A stretch of DNA of 64,000 bases, taken from contig CM106586.1 in assembly GCA_048013815.1 (NCBI GenBank), positions 23,622,001 through 23,686,000 of the forward strand, in the 5' to 3' direction. Both the position numbers and the translations under genes were made by a program. Below are positions 1 to 15,003 of the stretch, piece after piece. The notes below the pieces were generated by a model. It did no database searches. It had not been told where the DNA came from and was given only the letters and a program-made list of their open reading frames with translations. The stretch's first letter is position 1. Each line of letters begins with the position of its first letter. Origin of the DNA: Setoptus koraiensis. Lineage: Eukaryota > Animalia > Arthropoda.

Positions 1-179
1 CGACGCCACTGGTCGCATAGACACTCACAAGTTGTTGTGAGAGCGACGGATATAAACACGGCGAGCACGCAAACGCAACATCGCCGAGCTTGCCAATTTG
101 GCCGATACAGTTACATATTATATAGTTATAGTTATTAGTTACATACTCACTATTCACATACTGCCACTACGATACTATT

Positions 180-224
180 CTCATACACACTGTACTCATA
201 CACACTGTACTCATACACACTGTA
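180..224. repeat. 15-bp tandem repeat (CTCATACACACTGTA)x3
   Basis: Three copies read directly. Confidence 0.85.
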
Positions 225-1218
225 TGATACAGTCTGTATGAGGCAGGCATGGGCGATATTGGCTATATTAGGGTATCGCTGTCACACTAATTAGCAGACA
301 CTTGTTGGCCCTGCGCCTGTGCCCATTGTCTCGCCAGCTAATGAGCTGCCAACAGCGTCTAGCCAGAGTCAGCTGATCGGGCTGATGCATACGCAATGGC
401 TTGTTTACACTTTTTGTGACTCGCAAATTGTGAGCAATTCGTAAGCGATCCCATGCGAGAGTGATCGTGTTTCCAGATCATCCATCACTGGTCGCCGGTG
501 CGCTCGCTGGCCTGTTTGCATTGGCGCACGAAGCTAAAAATTGCAGCCGCTCGGCCGCTAATTTGAGCCGCCGTCAATCATGGCAATCGCGCCAATAATC
601 ATGGCGATAATCATGACGATAATCATGCCAAAAGTGATAGAGTTTGCAGCGCGCTAATTAGAGACCCGTTAGCCGTCAGCCGTCAGCCGAGCGCCGACTG
701 CAGAGCCTCCGACACGCAGACCGTCCAATGCCGACCATTGCAGCCGAGAAAGGGGCTAGCCCAAATGGAAATCGAGAATCCCAATTTGGGCTCGAATCGG
801 CGCTCGCTCTGCGCGCTCGGCGCTGCGCTCGTCCGATTGCAATTTGAATCCAAATTAAAATTCAAATTTAAATTTATGTGTGCCCATACGCGATTGTGTG
901 AGTGTGAGTGTTTGTGTGCTTGCGACCAGCAACTGGACGGCGCCAGCGAGACGCAACATGACGCAACAAGCCTCTCGAACAGATATCACCTTGATCACTA
1001 TGCCGCTCTGCTTGCGATGCCACTCACTGGCAGTGAGTCACTGCTGCTCGCCGGCTGGTCACTCTCAACTGGTCACTCTCAGCTGGTCACTCGCCGGCTG
1101 GGTGTTGGTGCGCTCATCGTGATGGCGCGGTGTTGATTGTGGCGCCTAAGTGTGGTGCTAATAATACACGCTTGTGTGTGTGTATTGCGTAATGGCCAGT
1201 TGTAAACTTGAGACTTGT

Positions 1219-1240
1219 TGCCGTTGTTGTTGTTGCTGTT

Positions 1241-1280
<40 letters not shown>

Positions 1281-1295
1281 TTGTTGTTGTTGTTG
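1219..1295. repeat. Compound (TTG/CTG)n microsatellite
   Basis: Mixed TTG/CTG triplets; source of the poly-C and poly-L ORFs. Confidence 0.9.
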
Positions 1296-2568
1296 CATCA
1301 TCGCCGCAGCCAATGGCGTGGATGGAATGAGTTCATTCGCAAGGATTCACAACGATTCACAACGATGAGCCGTAAGTGGTTAGTGTCACTGACCAGTTAG
1401 TGACCAGTAGTGCAGTCCATCCATCATTCGCTCTTGTCATTTTGCAGCGGCGGCAACACACGACAGCATCAACAACAGCATCAACAGCAACAACAGCAGC
1501 AACAACAACAACAACCGAAACAACGGCGTCTTCTTCGGCCTCGGCATGCAGCCGGGCAGCCGGCCGGCCGGCCGTTCGCTGCCAAGCTCACTGAGAATAG
1601 ATTAAATGACAATGACCGTTATTTAGGACCTTCACTTTAATTTTGATTCTGATTCTGATTTTGAAGTGAGGCCATCAAGGCACCTAGTGGCTCAATGCTG
1701 GCTCAATGGTGGCTTTATGGTGGCTTTAATAATGGCTCAACAAGGCGCAACAAGTGCCAGTGTCCACTTTTATCCAGGCAACACCATTCATGCCACTTCA
1801 ACGGCGACTGCAATGCCGACCAATGCCGACCAATGCCGACCAAAGGCGATAAAAGTGCAAGTTGCATGCGCACGCCATCTACGTTATTTGCCTAAACTTG
1901 CCAGCTCAAACTAAATCGCCATGCCAACCGTATTAATCTGCCTATTATGTAATCATAATCTGTGTGCCGTCTTTAACATGTCGAGCATGTGCTGATTGAC
2001 CACAAATACGCTGCTCGCATATGTGAGTCAATTTACGGCAACAGTCACACGAATGACAAATGAGAATTGAGTTAGCGGCCACAGAAACGCTACATTTTCG
2101 CATTATCCCTGGCTTGTTTCAACGGCACAAGATTAAATTATCATTGTTGTTATTGTTGTTATTTCTGTTAGTGCGCCATTTCATCATTGTTGTGCGTCAC
2201 AACATAATAATGCTATTGCACTCTTGACTGGCCCCAAAAATCACTCAAATCCAGTCAGATTGGACCGAGGCTCGAACAAGTTTTGCGCACTGTGCAACCT
2301 ATGCAATGCACAGCTCATAAGTGAGAGCGGTCGAAATGCTTGCGCCACGCAATTGGCACGCGCCACAATTGGTAAGCCATTTGTATTTAGATCAAAAACA
2401 GCCACAATGCTCCAGTTTGTGTCCGACAAAACTGGCCAGTTTAGTCCGGCCAAAGGCACCTTGAAATGGGCTCGAGTTTTTTGTTTGCGCCATTGCCGTT
2501 GCCATGGCCAGTCCGTTATGCACACACTGTCTGGCATTGTTTGCCGTCATTGTTTGCCGCTTGCAACA

Positions 2569-2625
2569 ATTCCGACCATTCCGACCATTCCGACCATTCC
2601 GACCATTCCGACCATTCCGACCATT
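2569..2625. repeat. 9-bp tandem repeat (ATTCCGACC)x6
   Basis: Six perfect copies read directly. Confidence 0.95.
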
Positions 2626-3412
2626 GCAACCGTTGCGTCAATTCCAACGATCGAGCCAACAATGGCAGCAATAATCCAATGGCACCAACCCAATGGCACC
2701 AATCCAATGGCACAAATCAAACACTGCAACCCAATTCACCGGTGAATCGATCGTGGCTGCGATCCGTGCGTGAATCAAGCGACGAGCCAGTTCACAATGA
2801 GCACTACTAACAAGTGTTGTAAGTGTTAGCTGTGATCACGTCCACGCTTGAATCGCGCAATCGCCAAGGCCTCCCAAGGCAAATCGCCAACGAGTGGCCG
2901 ATGTCCGCGTTTCGACCGCCATCGCATCTCACCTGTATTCTCGTGTGTGTACAACATACTTAACTGCACTTAATTAGCCAGCCTTTCTAATTAAGTGACA
3001 CACACACATTGCTTGATTGTCCCTCTGGCGGCCAGGTGGGTCTGGCCAGATTGGTCGGCTCACATTGTGAGATGACCAGCAGCAGAGAGAGGCGCGAAAG
3101 TGTTTGCGTGCTGATCTCGCTCGCTGAGACTCGTCGGCGCCAGCATCAGCAGCAACAACAACAACGACAACAACAACAGCAACAACAATGAAATAATCAA
3201 GAGAAAATATCCGCGCGCAAACTTGGCAACTATTGATAATATTTGCACTATTAGTTGTCTTAATGAGCTAATCACTGCCAAGCTGGTAGTGCCAACGAGC
3301 TGCCGAACAAGCCGCCGAACAAGCCGGCCGAATCAGCTGACCAGGTGAGTGCGTTTGTCGCATGCTCGTCGTCGTCTAATCAACAAATTGTCTGTATCTA
3401 CAGACTTGTGTT

Positions 3413-3511
3413 GTACAGGTAATGTACAGGTAATGTGCAGGCGATACACAGCTAATGCACAGGTAATGAACAGATAATACACAGGTGATACACGGATAAT
3501 ACACAGGTGAG
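3413..3511. repeat. Degenerate 11-bp tandem repeat (consensus ~ RCACAGGTAAT) x9
   Basis: Nine consecutive 11-bp units. Confidence 0.85.
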
Positions 3512-6500
3512 GAGCTGTTGTCTGGCTGGAGTTAGTATAGCAAATAGCAAATAGAGGCCAGCAGAGGCTAGTAGACAGTGCAGTTATTAACCTATGGCAC
3601 AGTTATTGTTTTTGTGTGTCTGTTGGTGTGTCTGGCTAACATGACGCAATAGCAGCACTGCCATTGATAATTGCGCGATTTAGCCAGCGATGAGCCAGTT
3701 TGCATAGCCTTTGTTTATTTATTCATTGATAATGATTATTTTCAATCAACTTTTGCGAGCACAACAACAAACAAACACTTAGCTCAGTCGGTTGGTTGGC
3801 GTGCTGCCGTTGCTGCCGTTGCTCACGGGTAAAGCGAACGGCGGATAGAGGGAGACGCGGATAGAGAGCGACGCGGATAGAGAGCGACGCGGATAAAAAG
3901 AGAGAGCTTGATTGGCGAGAATAAATGAATGTTTAATTATCTGGCCAGATCGAGCCAGCTAATGAGCGTTGCGATTCAACGGCTCGCCGGCTGCGCAGGC
4001 CGGATCCGCAGACGAGAGTGTGTTGAGCTCATTGCAAGATCGATACCTGTCTGTCGGGTGCTGCAACCCGTCGGGTACTGCAACCCGTCGGATACTGCAA
4101 CCCGTCGGATGGCATGCGATGGGAAGCCCGTCATGGGATCGGATCGAAGCTGAGGAAAATTGAAGAAAAACTTGAGAAAAATTGGAGAAAAATCTGAGCG
4201 AAATTCGAGGAAAATTCGAGAAAAACAAGACGGGACAGCCTCCGTTCGCCAGCTACCGACTGCTTGCGCTGGCAGCGGATGCATACATGTAATTTGCAGC
4301 GGATATTGCAGCTCGATGTGCGAAAACTTGTTCCATCTTTGTGTTGGCTCGATTTTGTTCGGCTCGCCGGCAATCGATGGCAACCTGGATGATGATCGCA
4401 GCGTCATTACGATACGCTCACCGATGATAACTCCATCCGGCGCCTATCAACGTGAGTGATCGGCGCGATCGGCGCTGATCGGCCCGCTGTTATCGCCGAG
4501 CTCGCTTCTTCGCCTTGCCGCCGCCGTCGTCGTCGTCGTCGTCGTCTCACCCACCGACTGTAGCAACACAGCAACAGTGTCTTGATACATGATACTTGCT
4601 GCCGATAGCTCACTGTGTGTCGCCGTTAACTTGTAACTTGTCGCTATTATGAGTCATGAGATTATGATACAATGCTGCGCTGCAATTGATTGTGATGCCA
4701 CAATCGGTTTTAAGTGACTTGTGCAGGCGATCGCTTGCGAGATGCGCCGGCAGCGCCAATTCATATTGCAACCAGCCGAATGGCTGCCGCGAATCAGATG
4801 CTGGCCATGATAAACAAGCTGAGACACAAGACGAGATAAAATGGCAGACAAGATAGGTGGCGAGGCTGTGAAGAAATTGTGAAGAAACTGTGACGCAATT
4901 GCCACCAAACAAAAACAATTTGCAAAGTGCTCAACACATCGGCTGCCCTCTCGAGCTTGCTGTTGGGCGATTTATTTGAGCGGTTGCAGGGGCGAGCGGC
5001 GAGCGGAGTTGCCGACGACAGGTTCGACGGCTCAACGGTGTCGGACCGATGAGAATGTGAGATTGAGCGCGATAACAAGCGAGCGACGACAATCATCCAG
5101 CAGTAACTAGAGGCTAAATAGATTGGCATCAGTGTTAGCCAGTAGATATCGATCCAGTAGCCCCGAGTAAATGAGTTAATTAGCTGCAATGGCCAGTTTG
5201 TTGCATCGCTGGCTGGCTGGCTGGCTGACTGGCGAAAATAATCCAGCCAAAACGGCCGATACGGCAGCATATAAAATGTTTGGCCATATCGCGAGTGTAG
5301 CATACACAATGGCCGGTTTGCATATCAATTATTATATATTATTGTATATTATTATATTATTATATATTATTGTAATTGTTGCGAGCAGTAGCTGCTCATC
5401 AAGTCAGGCAACAATGTGCCACAAGTGACCACTTTGGCTCATTTGCAGACTTATTAGGTAAGGTCACTGGCAAAGGTTGGCAAGGTTTGCGTAATTGTGG
5501 GCAACCAATTGCAGCCAACAAGTTGCTCAGTTTGTCCAACGACAGCTTGTAACAGCTTGTGGGAGCTCGATCAACGGCCACTTGATCAACGGCGACAGCT
5601 GATGAGCAAGCCGCTGATATTATTTATTTAAAGCATTTATAACATGACGACTGCTAATGTGACAACTATTAACTGCTGATACAATGACTGGCAATGCCGA
5701 CTGACGGCTCTGTATCTATCAGAGAGTCTATCTATTAGAGAGTCTATCTATTAGAGAGAGAAAGGAGAATTGTAATTATTCATATCGAGCATTATTTATA
5801 TCGAGCCGGGCGAGTCGATGACAAGCTGTCAACATCAACAGAGGCCACACGGTCGACATTGAACCCGCCAAATGGCCGAATGGCAAAATGGCAAAATGGC
5901 GAAATGGCGAAAAAGAAGCAGCTCATGTCATGCAGTGACACACTACTTATGCGACCAACTTTATATTTGAGACACTCATATATAATATATATATATGATA
6001 CACTTGTCGCCAACTTGTGCCAACGAGGTCAACGACTCACAATCGTTGGTCAGTGTTGGCCGAGCATGCAATACACACAAATAGGTTATGTGTGTCGTCG
6101 TGACGCTTCGTTAGGGGCCAACGATGATACGAGCGCGATATGACGGCGATACGACGACGATACGACGACGATACGACGACGACGTAACCACGATATGGCC
6201 ACATTATGGCCATGGTTCATGTGCAAAGGTGAAAGTAAATTGTTATTGGCAGCAGCCCGAGCGAGCAGTGAGATTAGCTGACTTGCATACGCTGTTGATA
6301 GTGTGATATTGGCCTTGCCAAGAGGGCCTTGAGTTGGCCAGTGGCCGGACAGTGAAACGAACAAGTCGAGTGGGATTGTCGTGCAGCGAGGACGACTCAC
6401 GTCCAATGAGCACAACAGCAACAGCAACAACAACAGCTGCTCACATGCTCGCCAAGACACTTGATGAGCCATTGCTCAGGTGATGATATTGGTGAACTTT

Positions 6501-9500
6501 GTCGCTGACATTGGCCCAAAGTTTGTTGCTGCTGGGCAAAAATGCAGCCAAATCAATGTCAAATATGCAACAGCACCACAAATGAGACAACAGGTAACAA
6601 GTTAATTTGCAATTTAATCGTTTATTTTATCATTTCTCTAATACGAGCGCACAAGCAAATGTCACATCACTGCTGACATTTGCAACATGTTGCCTGGCCA
6701 CTGTGTGCTGCTGCTGCGAATTGTCATTGCGACAGAAGAAGAATTCGCTCCTGAGTTGGCCCTCGAATTCGCTCGTTCTCATACTGGCAGATGTGACGAG
6801 AAGCCCACGGGAACTTTCTCACACATCATGCTAGTATGATGCTCGTATCACTCGCATTAGTGGAGGCATCGAGTGTCGTAGAAAGGCAACAACGAGATCA
6901 CCTGACGGATTGCCTTTTCGAGACACTGGCTGTCAGTGACTGGCTGTCAGTGTCGAACGGGCCTAATGAGCTCGCAGTGACTCAATGCGAGCACCGGCAT
7001 TCGCGCAATCAGGCAACTTGGCCAGGCTAGCGGCAAATTGGGCAAGTTGGGCTAGTATCAAATATGACAAATTGCAGCAACTGATGGCATGTTTGCCATT
7101 ATCCGTTAGTGTGAGTGTGTGTGCGTGTGCGTTAATTAACAATTGTTGATTGTTTGATTTACAGCTACCTGTTCTCACAGCTGCTTGCTCTGTCTAACTC
7201 TATTGGTGTGTGTGTGTGTGTAACCTGCGAAACCTGTTGCTTCAAATTAAATAAAGCCTGCGTATAAATAAGCATGTATCAATACAGGTAAGCAGTTATC
7301 AGGTGAGCGAGCCGACAAAAATCGTGTCAGAGATGGCGATTGAGATACGAGCGAAAGTAACACTTGTAATAGCTTTTGTGTTAGTGATTTAATATAAGTT
7401 TTGGTGTGGTTTGTGTGACACTTAGCAATAGTGAGGCGTATGTAACAGTTGTTGTAAGAGATTTATCCCAAGACGCATGACACGACCGTAATGAATCAGA
7501 TAATCAATGGTAACATGATGCAGTTAATTGATTGTGGCGCGATAATTATTCAATAAGTTCGCACAGCTCCTGTTCAACGGCAACGGCACACAACGGTGCT
7601 GCAAATAAGCAATGCAAGTGTGAATAATTAGATCAGTTCCTCATCCAGTGTCCAGTGGATGCAGTGGCCGGCAACAAAAAACCAAGCAACAGCCAACTAA
7701 CAGCCCTGGCCATTGGCGACAATCCAATACCAATAGTAATATAATTAATATACTCTCTATATCCAATATAACGGTGTAATATAACGGAAATGGTGGCGTT
7801 GCGCCAACAGTAACGATCGTGACACAACTGCCACAAGTGTGTGGTATACAAATATGAATATTTTATATTCTATGCCAAATATATAAAATTATCACCGCGT
7901 TTGTGTCCACGATGACAATCACTGTCGACAGTAACGGCGCCCCCATCGCGCACTGTGCCGGCCAATAATAACAATAATAATAATAACAATAATAATAACA
8001 ACAATAATGATGATAATGATGATAATAATGAGACAATCGCCAATGATGGCCATAATCGGGGTATGTTCGTGCGAGCCGACTAATGAGCGTTAGTGGATTG
8101 GAGCTAGCGTTATTTTGCTCTCGCATGAGACCACTCACGGCATAAACAAAGGGCAAGTTAATTTGTTTGTTGTCGACATCATCAGTGCGGCGACCACCAC
8201 AATCACCGGCAACATATATGACGTACAACATAACGCACATGATATAACTTGTATGCTATTACTTGTATGATGTAACGGTCAACAGGTAAGCGCGATACCC
8301 AAACACATAGAGAGAGACAGCGCAGTGAGAGACAACAAAGACAAATGCAGAGAGAGAGACAAACACTGACAACTTGTGAGAGAATAAGTAATGTCGCCGT
8401 TTACCCTTTGCTTCCTCAATATCTATCGAGCAGCAGTTGATAATAGCGCGATTATAATGCATAAGTGGTGGTCGCCATCATTACAGAATGTTAGTGTTGA
8501 TAGTGTTGATGGGCCTGGCCGACAGACAACAGTGCACTGGCTTTAGCAAGAACAGAATAGATAAATAAATAAATAAATGAGAACGCCAGTTGTTGTTTCC
8601 TCAATTGAAGTCACACAATTTAAACTGTTCGCTCTTCAGCTAACTGATTGTGAGCCCAACTGGCTCATGATATATGAGCCAGTCGGCTGGCTCGCTCGGC
8701 CAGACCGGCCAAAATATCCAATTAAATAGCGCCCGAGCAACGACAGCAACAACAACAACGACAACAGCAACAACAACGACAGCAGCAACAACAACGACAG
8801 CAGCAGCAACAACGACAACAACAACAACAAGTGTACAGGTGACGTACCTTCCTTGAAGCGCGCTGGCCAATTGTTATTGGCTATTGTTGGCTGGCGTCGG
8901 TTCGTTAGCAGCGAGCGTTTGGCCATTTACAGTTTCACTCGTTTAGCAGTGATAAATGAACAGTGATTCTGGCAAGGCGCTGCCCACAACCGACCAGCAA
9001 CTATCGCCCGAGTGTTTCGCTGTCTCGGTGTCCCGTTTTCTCATTTGCTCGTTTGCTCGTTTTGCTCATTTTGCTCATTAGTCGGCGATGATGACGCACA
9101 AACAAACAAATCAACGGCTTGATACAACACACACGCACCCGCTCATGAGTGCATAAATAATATCGCACAACAGCCGGGCCAAATCAATCAAATTACATTT
9201 GTCGATTTGTCCGGCGATTTGTGCGACCATTTGCCTGACAAGTTGTGAGTTTCGGCACACACACACGGCAGCTATCAATTGTACGCTGCCGTTATGTGGC
9301 CGTTATGTCAACCGTTGCGTCACAGTCGACAGCAAACAATGCTGGCCGATCGCACAAGCCAATAACGGGCTTATATCGCATTTGAATGTGGCGACTTGTG
9401 CTGCATGTCATGTGCGTTATGCGTCGTCCGGGTTACGTTACATCGCGTTATGTCATTGGCGACAACAAGACAATGGCTACAATTACAACACTGTGTACAC

Positions 9501-10884
9501 CGCCGCAGTCATGGCTGCAATAAGAGAATCACGAGGTCATGATATTTTTGTTTTGTTCATATTCGCCTATTTCGTTGATGCCCATCGGCGCCCATTTGAT
9601 GCTGCCAATTGTTGTGATATTTTATTGTCAGTTGGCTCAAAATGACTCACAATTGGCTATCGTCGCCAGATATCTGTTGGCAAATATTGGCAAGTTCATT
9701 GTTCGTTGATCGGTCAATTCGATTCCATCTTGGGCTTCTGATAGCCGATAATGCAGACAATTGTACATACAATTGTAACATGTAACAAATACAATATGTG
9801 TACTATAATATTGCTGCCAATAATATTGCGTAATGCTGCCGCTGCTGCTGCTGCTGATAACTATGCTCCAGTTGGGTCGCTAATTAGCGCACTCTAATTA
9901 ATTGTCATTGTTCTAACACAAATTGCGTTACAACACAAATATAGTTGCGTTTGTTTGTATTGTATTGTGTCTTTTGTTTGTTTGCGACACAATCGCGTAG
10001 CATCGCTGGCGCATCTGATGCATTTGTGATACTAGAGATAGTTGCATCATACTCAACTTGTGCTAGCTCGGTGTTTGTAATGCAGCCAATTGAGCGCGAG
10101 CCAACAAAAAACGCAGCCTGTCACAGTGTGTGTGTGTGTGTGTGTGTGTGTGAGCCCGTGAGCCAGCGAAAACAAACAAATCGTTTGTTAAACTCTCACT
10201 TTGTTAAACTGAACTGCTAAATTCATTGTTGTTGCTGCTGCTGCTGTGAATAACGGTGCGCTGATCGATGCCCCAATTGCTGAAACTGGCACTCGCAATG
10301 CGATCGGCAGCCATGGGCAAGTTACCTGTTGTAACACAGGTAAGTTGGCACTGAATTGAGCGCCAGTTATCATCGTATTACCCTTGTTGTTATTGTGCCT
10401 ACTGGCGATTAACTCTCTCATCCAATACTCGGCTTATATAAACACCTGTTGTATTGGCCTTGTTGCTGTCGTTGTTGTTGCTGTTTGCTGGCAACGCTCG
10501 CTGGCAACGTGCTCGCCATAACAACAACGACAGCCAAGTTCAATGGGAACACAGCCAAGCACCCTCATAGGGGCACCTTCAGTTTCGGGCCGACGGCAAG
10601 CGCCGCGCCAATCACGGCTGCTATGTAATGTATACGATACACAACGGTCTCATGTGGGACCGGTCCAGTCAGACTGGACAGCACTTGGCCAAAGGCTGCG
10701 CTTTGGTCGCAATCAATCAAAGTCCCGTATGATGCTCGCAAGTGACTCACAAGCCAGCCAACAAGAGCATTGGATGTGATCGCCATTACAAACAAACGGA
10801 CAAACATTACACACAACAACTGGAATATGCCATTATTATACGATTATGCTTGTGCATTTACTACCAACTAACGAAGGTCTCATG

Positions 10885-10962
10885 TATGATAACTTGGGTA
10901 TGATAACTTGGATATGATAACTTGGATATGATAACTGGCGTATGATAACTTACATATGATAG
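10885..10962. repeat. 14-bp tandem repeat (TATGATAACTTGGA) x~5.5
   Basis: Five full units plus a partial unit. Confidence 0.9.
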
Positions 10963-12813
10963 AAGGATTATATATATGAAAGTGAGCTCTTTTCGCTCGA
11001 CAATGCAACAATTCAACTATCGGTGCTCCACTTGTCTATCTATGCAACTCGCATCGCAACTTGTAGATATCACACTCAACAAATCAATTCAATTCTTATC
11101 TCTCTATCGCCTGTATCACTTGTGTGCCACTGGTCCACTTTTGCATCGCTGCCATTCATGGCGTATGTGGCACGTCTATTCAATTGACATGACGTATTCC
11201 ATTGACATCATACTCAATTGACATATGGCACACAAGCCACATGAGACACATGAGCCATTATGTGTCGCCTTATATTGATACGGTCAATCCATTGAGACGA
11301 TGCCCATTCATAGATCGAGAGCATTGTTGAGAGCGACAAAGCAACTGTCTGGTCAGCGTCACCTCTCGGCCGGCCACTTGTTGTTTGACATCATCACAAA
11401 CTGATTGACATAGATATTTGAGCCGGGTGAATTATGATAAATAGTCGGCCGTGATACAGCGCCGGCCAACTGACCAACCGGGCAGCTTTTCACTGTCCAT
11501 TAAGGTCGCCGCCGCCTTATCTCGTCCCGGGGTCCGCCACTTCGGGCTTATCGATTGTTGTCGGTGTTGTCGCTGCTGTAGCTGGTGCCGTTGTTGTTGA
11601 TGTTGTCGTTGTTGTTGATGTTGTTGTCGTTGTCGTTGTTGCTGGAGAAAGAAGCCGGAATAGGGCAGAGACACGCAGCACTAGAGATGTGGATGGAATA
11701 GTGAAACGATCGATCGATTATCCGCAATGATGATCATTCTTGCGTTTAAACCATCATCATCACCACATCGACTATGATTGACCGACCACATTCGCACACT
11801 ACGCACACAACAGCAACAACGGCAACAACAACAACGACAACAACAACGACAACAGGTCGCGCCGAAACAGGCCGATCAGCTGTTGTGGTTGCGCAACCCT
11901 CGCTCTCTAGCCCCCACCCCAACCCCCACTCTTTGCGAGCGCCTGCCCTAGGGCTCGAGGAAGAGAAAGAGAGTGAGAGTGCGAACAATTGCAAGCCGGC
12001 ATAGGGATAATTGTTTAAAAAGATCATGTAGAAAGAGAAAGGCAAAGAAACGATCGTGGGCCGCACTCAGCTGAGCCCATCGCCAGCTTGGTGTGATTAG
12101 TTGGTCAGCATCAGCAACATACGGTCTGCATCACCTGCTGCTACTGCTACTGCTACTACTGATGAATATTGCCAACTACCGTTATTCAGTCAGTTAGTAG
12201 ATGGCGGCTGGCAAGACAGGAAGATGGAAAGGTGGACACTGCATCGGCACGGACTGTGTGCTGTTTATGCTGCCAATGCACCTGCTATGGTTACAGGAGT
12301 AATTCTAAATTTAAAAAGCTGCCTGTTGCCTTATTAAAAGAACTCTTGAATCTCTCAATGGCCGCTGTATCGGCCATACAGCAGCCGATATTGGCCCGGC
12401 ATGCAGCGAAAAGCTGCGGTCACCAGTAATGAATGAATCACTCACACACACACACACACACAACAACAAGTGGTTGTGAATACTCGCGGCCAGATTAAAT
12501 TCGTACAGTAGTGAGAATTCGAGAGAGAGCGGGAAAGAATTTGTTGCGTTTCTATAATACGCTTCCGTTCCGTTATTGCGAGCGAGCGAACGAAGCAGCG
12601 AGCGAATTGTCGAAATGCTATCGCTCTTGCTCAAGCCGACGAGGCTTGAGCAAGTAAAATAATTGTGTTGCATCAATGTGCAATTGCCGCAATTGGCTTG
12701 TAGCCGCTACCACTTTTGCTAGCCCAGTATTAGCTCGCTATGTGGCCAACACGTGGGCGAACTCTATGGTCAATAGTAATCAAGCTCATCTCACACGCCA
12801 AGAGCTCTGGTTC

Positions 12814-12954
<141 letters not shown>

Positions 12955-14985
12955 ATCTATGCGGCCAATCTGGGCACTTTAGCTCGAATAACCACTAAAT
13001 GATTGATTTCGCCACCAAGACAAATCGCGCAGCGCTGAGCCGATCCTGTCTCACACATAACAATTCTAATCGATGCCTGGAATTATTGTTATTATTATCA
13101 TTATTTTGTTGATTTGATTGCAGTGAATGTTTATCAGCTCTCGTCGTTGAAGTAGTAACCACCAACTTGCCACTAATCTTGCTACCTGTTGTTGTTATCC
13201 TCAAGCCATATGATAGAACGAGCTTGCCAACTGGATTTTTCTTTTGCTTTTACTTCCATCTTTGTGCGGATTCGAAGGAAATCCGATAGAGTCAATCCGA
13301 ACTGCGCTAATACTCTGTATAAGGAAACGACAAAACAACAACAGCAGCAGCTTAATGATTGACAACATTGACGCAACTGCCAACAATGATCACTCTACAG
13401 GTCAATCTAACCAGGCTCATAATATTATATTATAATAATATAATATTTTGTTGGACACAATCTAAGACACATCTACCACGCACAACTCTACTGTACTGTT
13501 TTGTTGGCGACGCAAGGGCGCACCAATTAGACATAGGACACTTTCTAGCAAAATTATGTCTTATGTTAATCATGTCTGCCATTGGTTGATATCTACAACA
13601 ATATCAGATACAACCAAAGTTTCAATTTGCTCTACGCCATCATCATGTGCCGTTAGTGTTAGCGATGATCACTAATTGAGAGCATGGCGATCCTTTGTTA
13701 GTTAATTCAGTCGCTTTATCATCAATATTATCAATGTCGCCTCGTAGTGACTCAAGCAAATGAAAGGTGCTTAGTTAGTATACTTCTCCTAGTTAGCTTT
13801 ATCTACCATCTCCATGCTCTCTGAATGAGATAAGCTTGAATTGTTTCGTCGCTTTTGTATTGCTGCTTTATCTAGATAGTATCAATATAATAGATAGTAG
13901 GGTCCTTATGTGTGTTTTTCAATCAACAACAGTGAGCAGTAACAACACACATTCACCATTGTGTGATAATGTGTTTATTACTGTACTTGCATAATATCAA
14001 CATATAACAACAACAGCCTATTGGAAGGGTGCCTATGAACGTGACGATTGCATAAGAGGTGACAACAAGCAAAAGAGTTAGCGAATCAGCTCGTTGTTGT
14101 TTCATTCATTGTTTGCAGTGTAATCTCCTCTCAAGTAATAATAAAAAACAAATTTATCCCTATCTTTTGTTTTCTAGTCGCCTAGATGCTCAATCATAGG
14201 TGATTGTGAAAAGTTGACGCCTTTTGCGCTGCCTCGTAAAAGCGTCTGCGAATCGTCTTTTGTGCCGACTTTAAGCGGCATTATGGTGTCATTGAGACCA
14301 TTGATAACCCTCTGTCAGCGGTACTAGCGACTTGTTTACTTGATAGCTTGGCAGTATTATTAACTTGGTATAATCTTGTAGGGCTTAGCTTGTTCACCAT
14401 TGTGAATGATCTGTTGCGCCTGACGATATTCGTGCCTAGTCAATGGTGTGTAGCCTTATAGGAAGATTTAGATTTAGTCGCGAGTTAATCAAGGAAATGC
14501 TTCATGATAAGTCGTCTATGTGAATATAGTGTGAGTGTCTATCCAAACCTCTTTCCATCCGATTGCAGCCGAGTTTTAGCTTAGTTCAATGATGACATTT
14601 CTCTTGTGTCTTTAATATATCTTTTTATCTTTCTACTTGTATCTATATTCATAAAAGGATAGTTTAATAATACCATTGATCTTCATAGTGATTGAACCAA
14701 CAACAACGATAAGATAATATGAAGAATAACGATAACAGCAACAACAACAAAAATGATAGTCAGTCGAGTATGAGAAACTGGGACAGTTATTTTGAAAACA
14801 CTGCCACCACGGCCCTTTTAGCTGACGATTCATTGACTTTGCCTGTACTACAGGACCTTTAGTTGTTTTTTCTGGCCGCTAGGCGCCGTGATTCACAATA
14901 TTTACAGAGGCTTAATACTATTAAGTTAATGGGTGATGGTTGAGCAACTGGTGTATTTCAATTATTGTATTTGAGTGTGTTGCAA

Positions 14986-15003
14986 GCGCGCGCGCGCGCG
15001 CGC
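14986..15003. repeat. (GC)9 alternating purine-pyrimidine tract
   Basis: GCGCGCGCGCGCGCGCGC read directly. Confidence 0.9.

Noticed and set aside
2214-2235. TATTGCACTC..., miR-92 family seed
   Set aside because: Flanks do not form a ~60-nt precursor hairpin.
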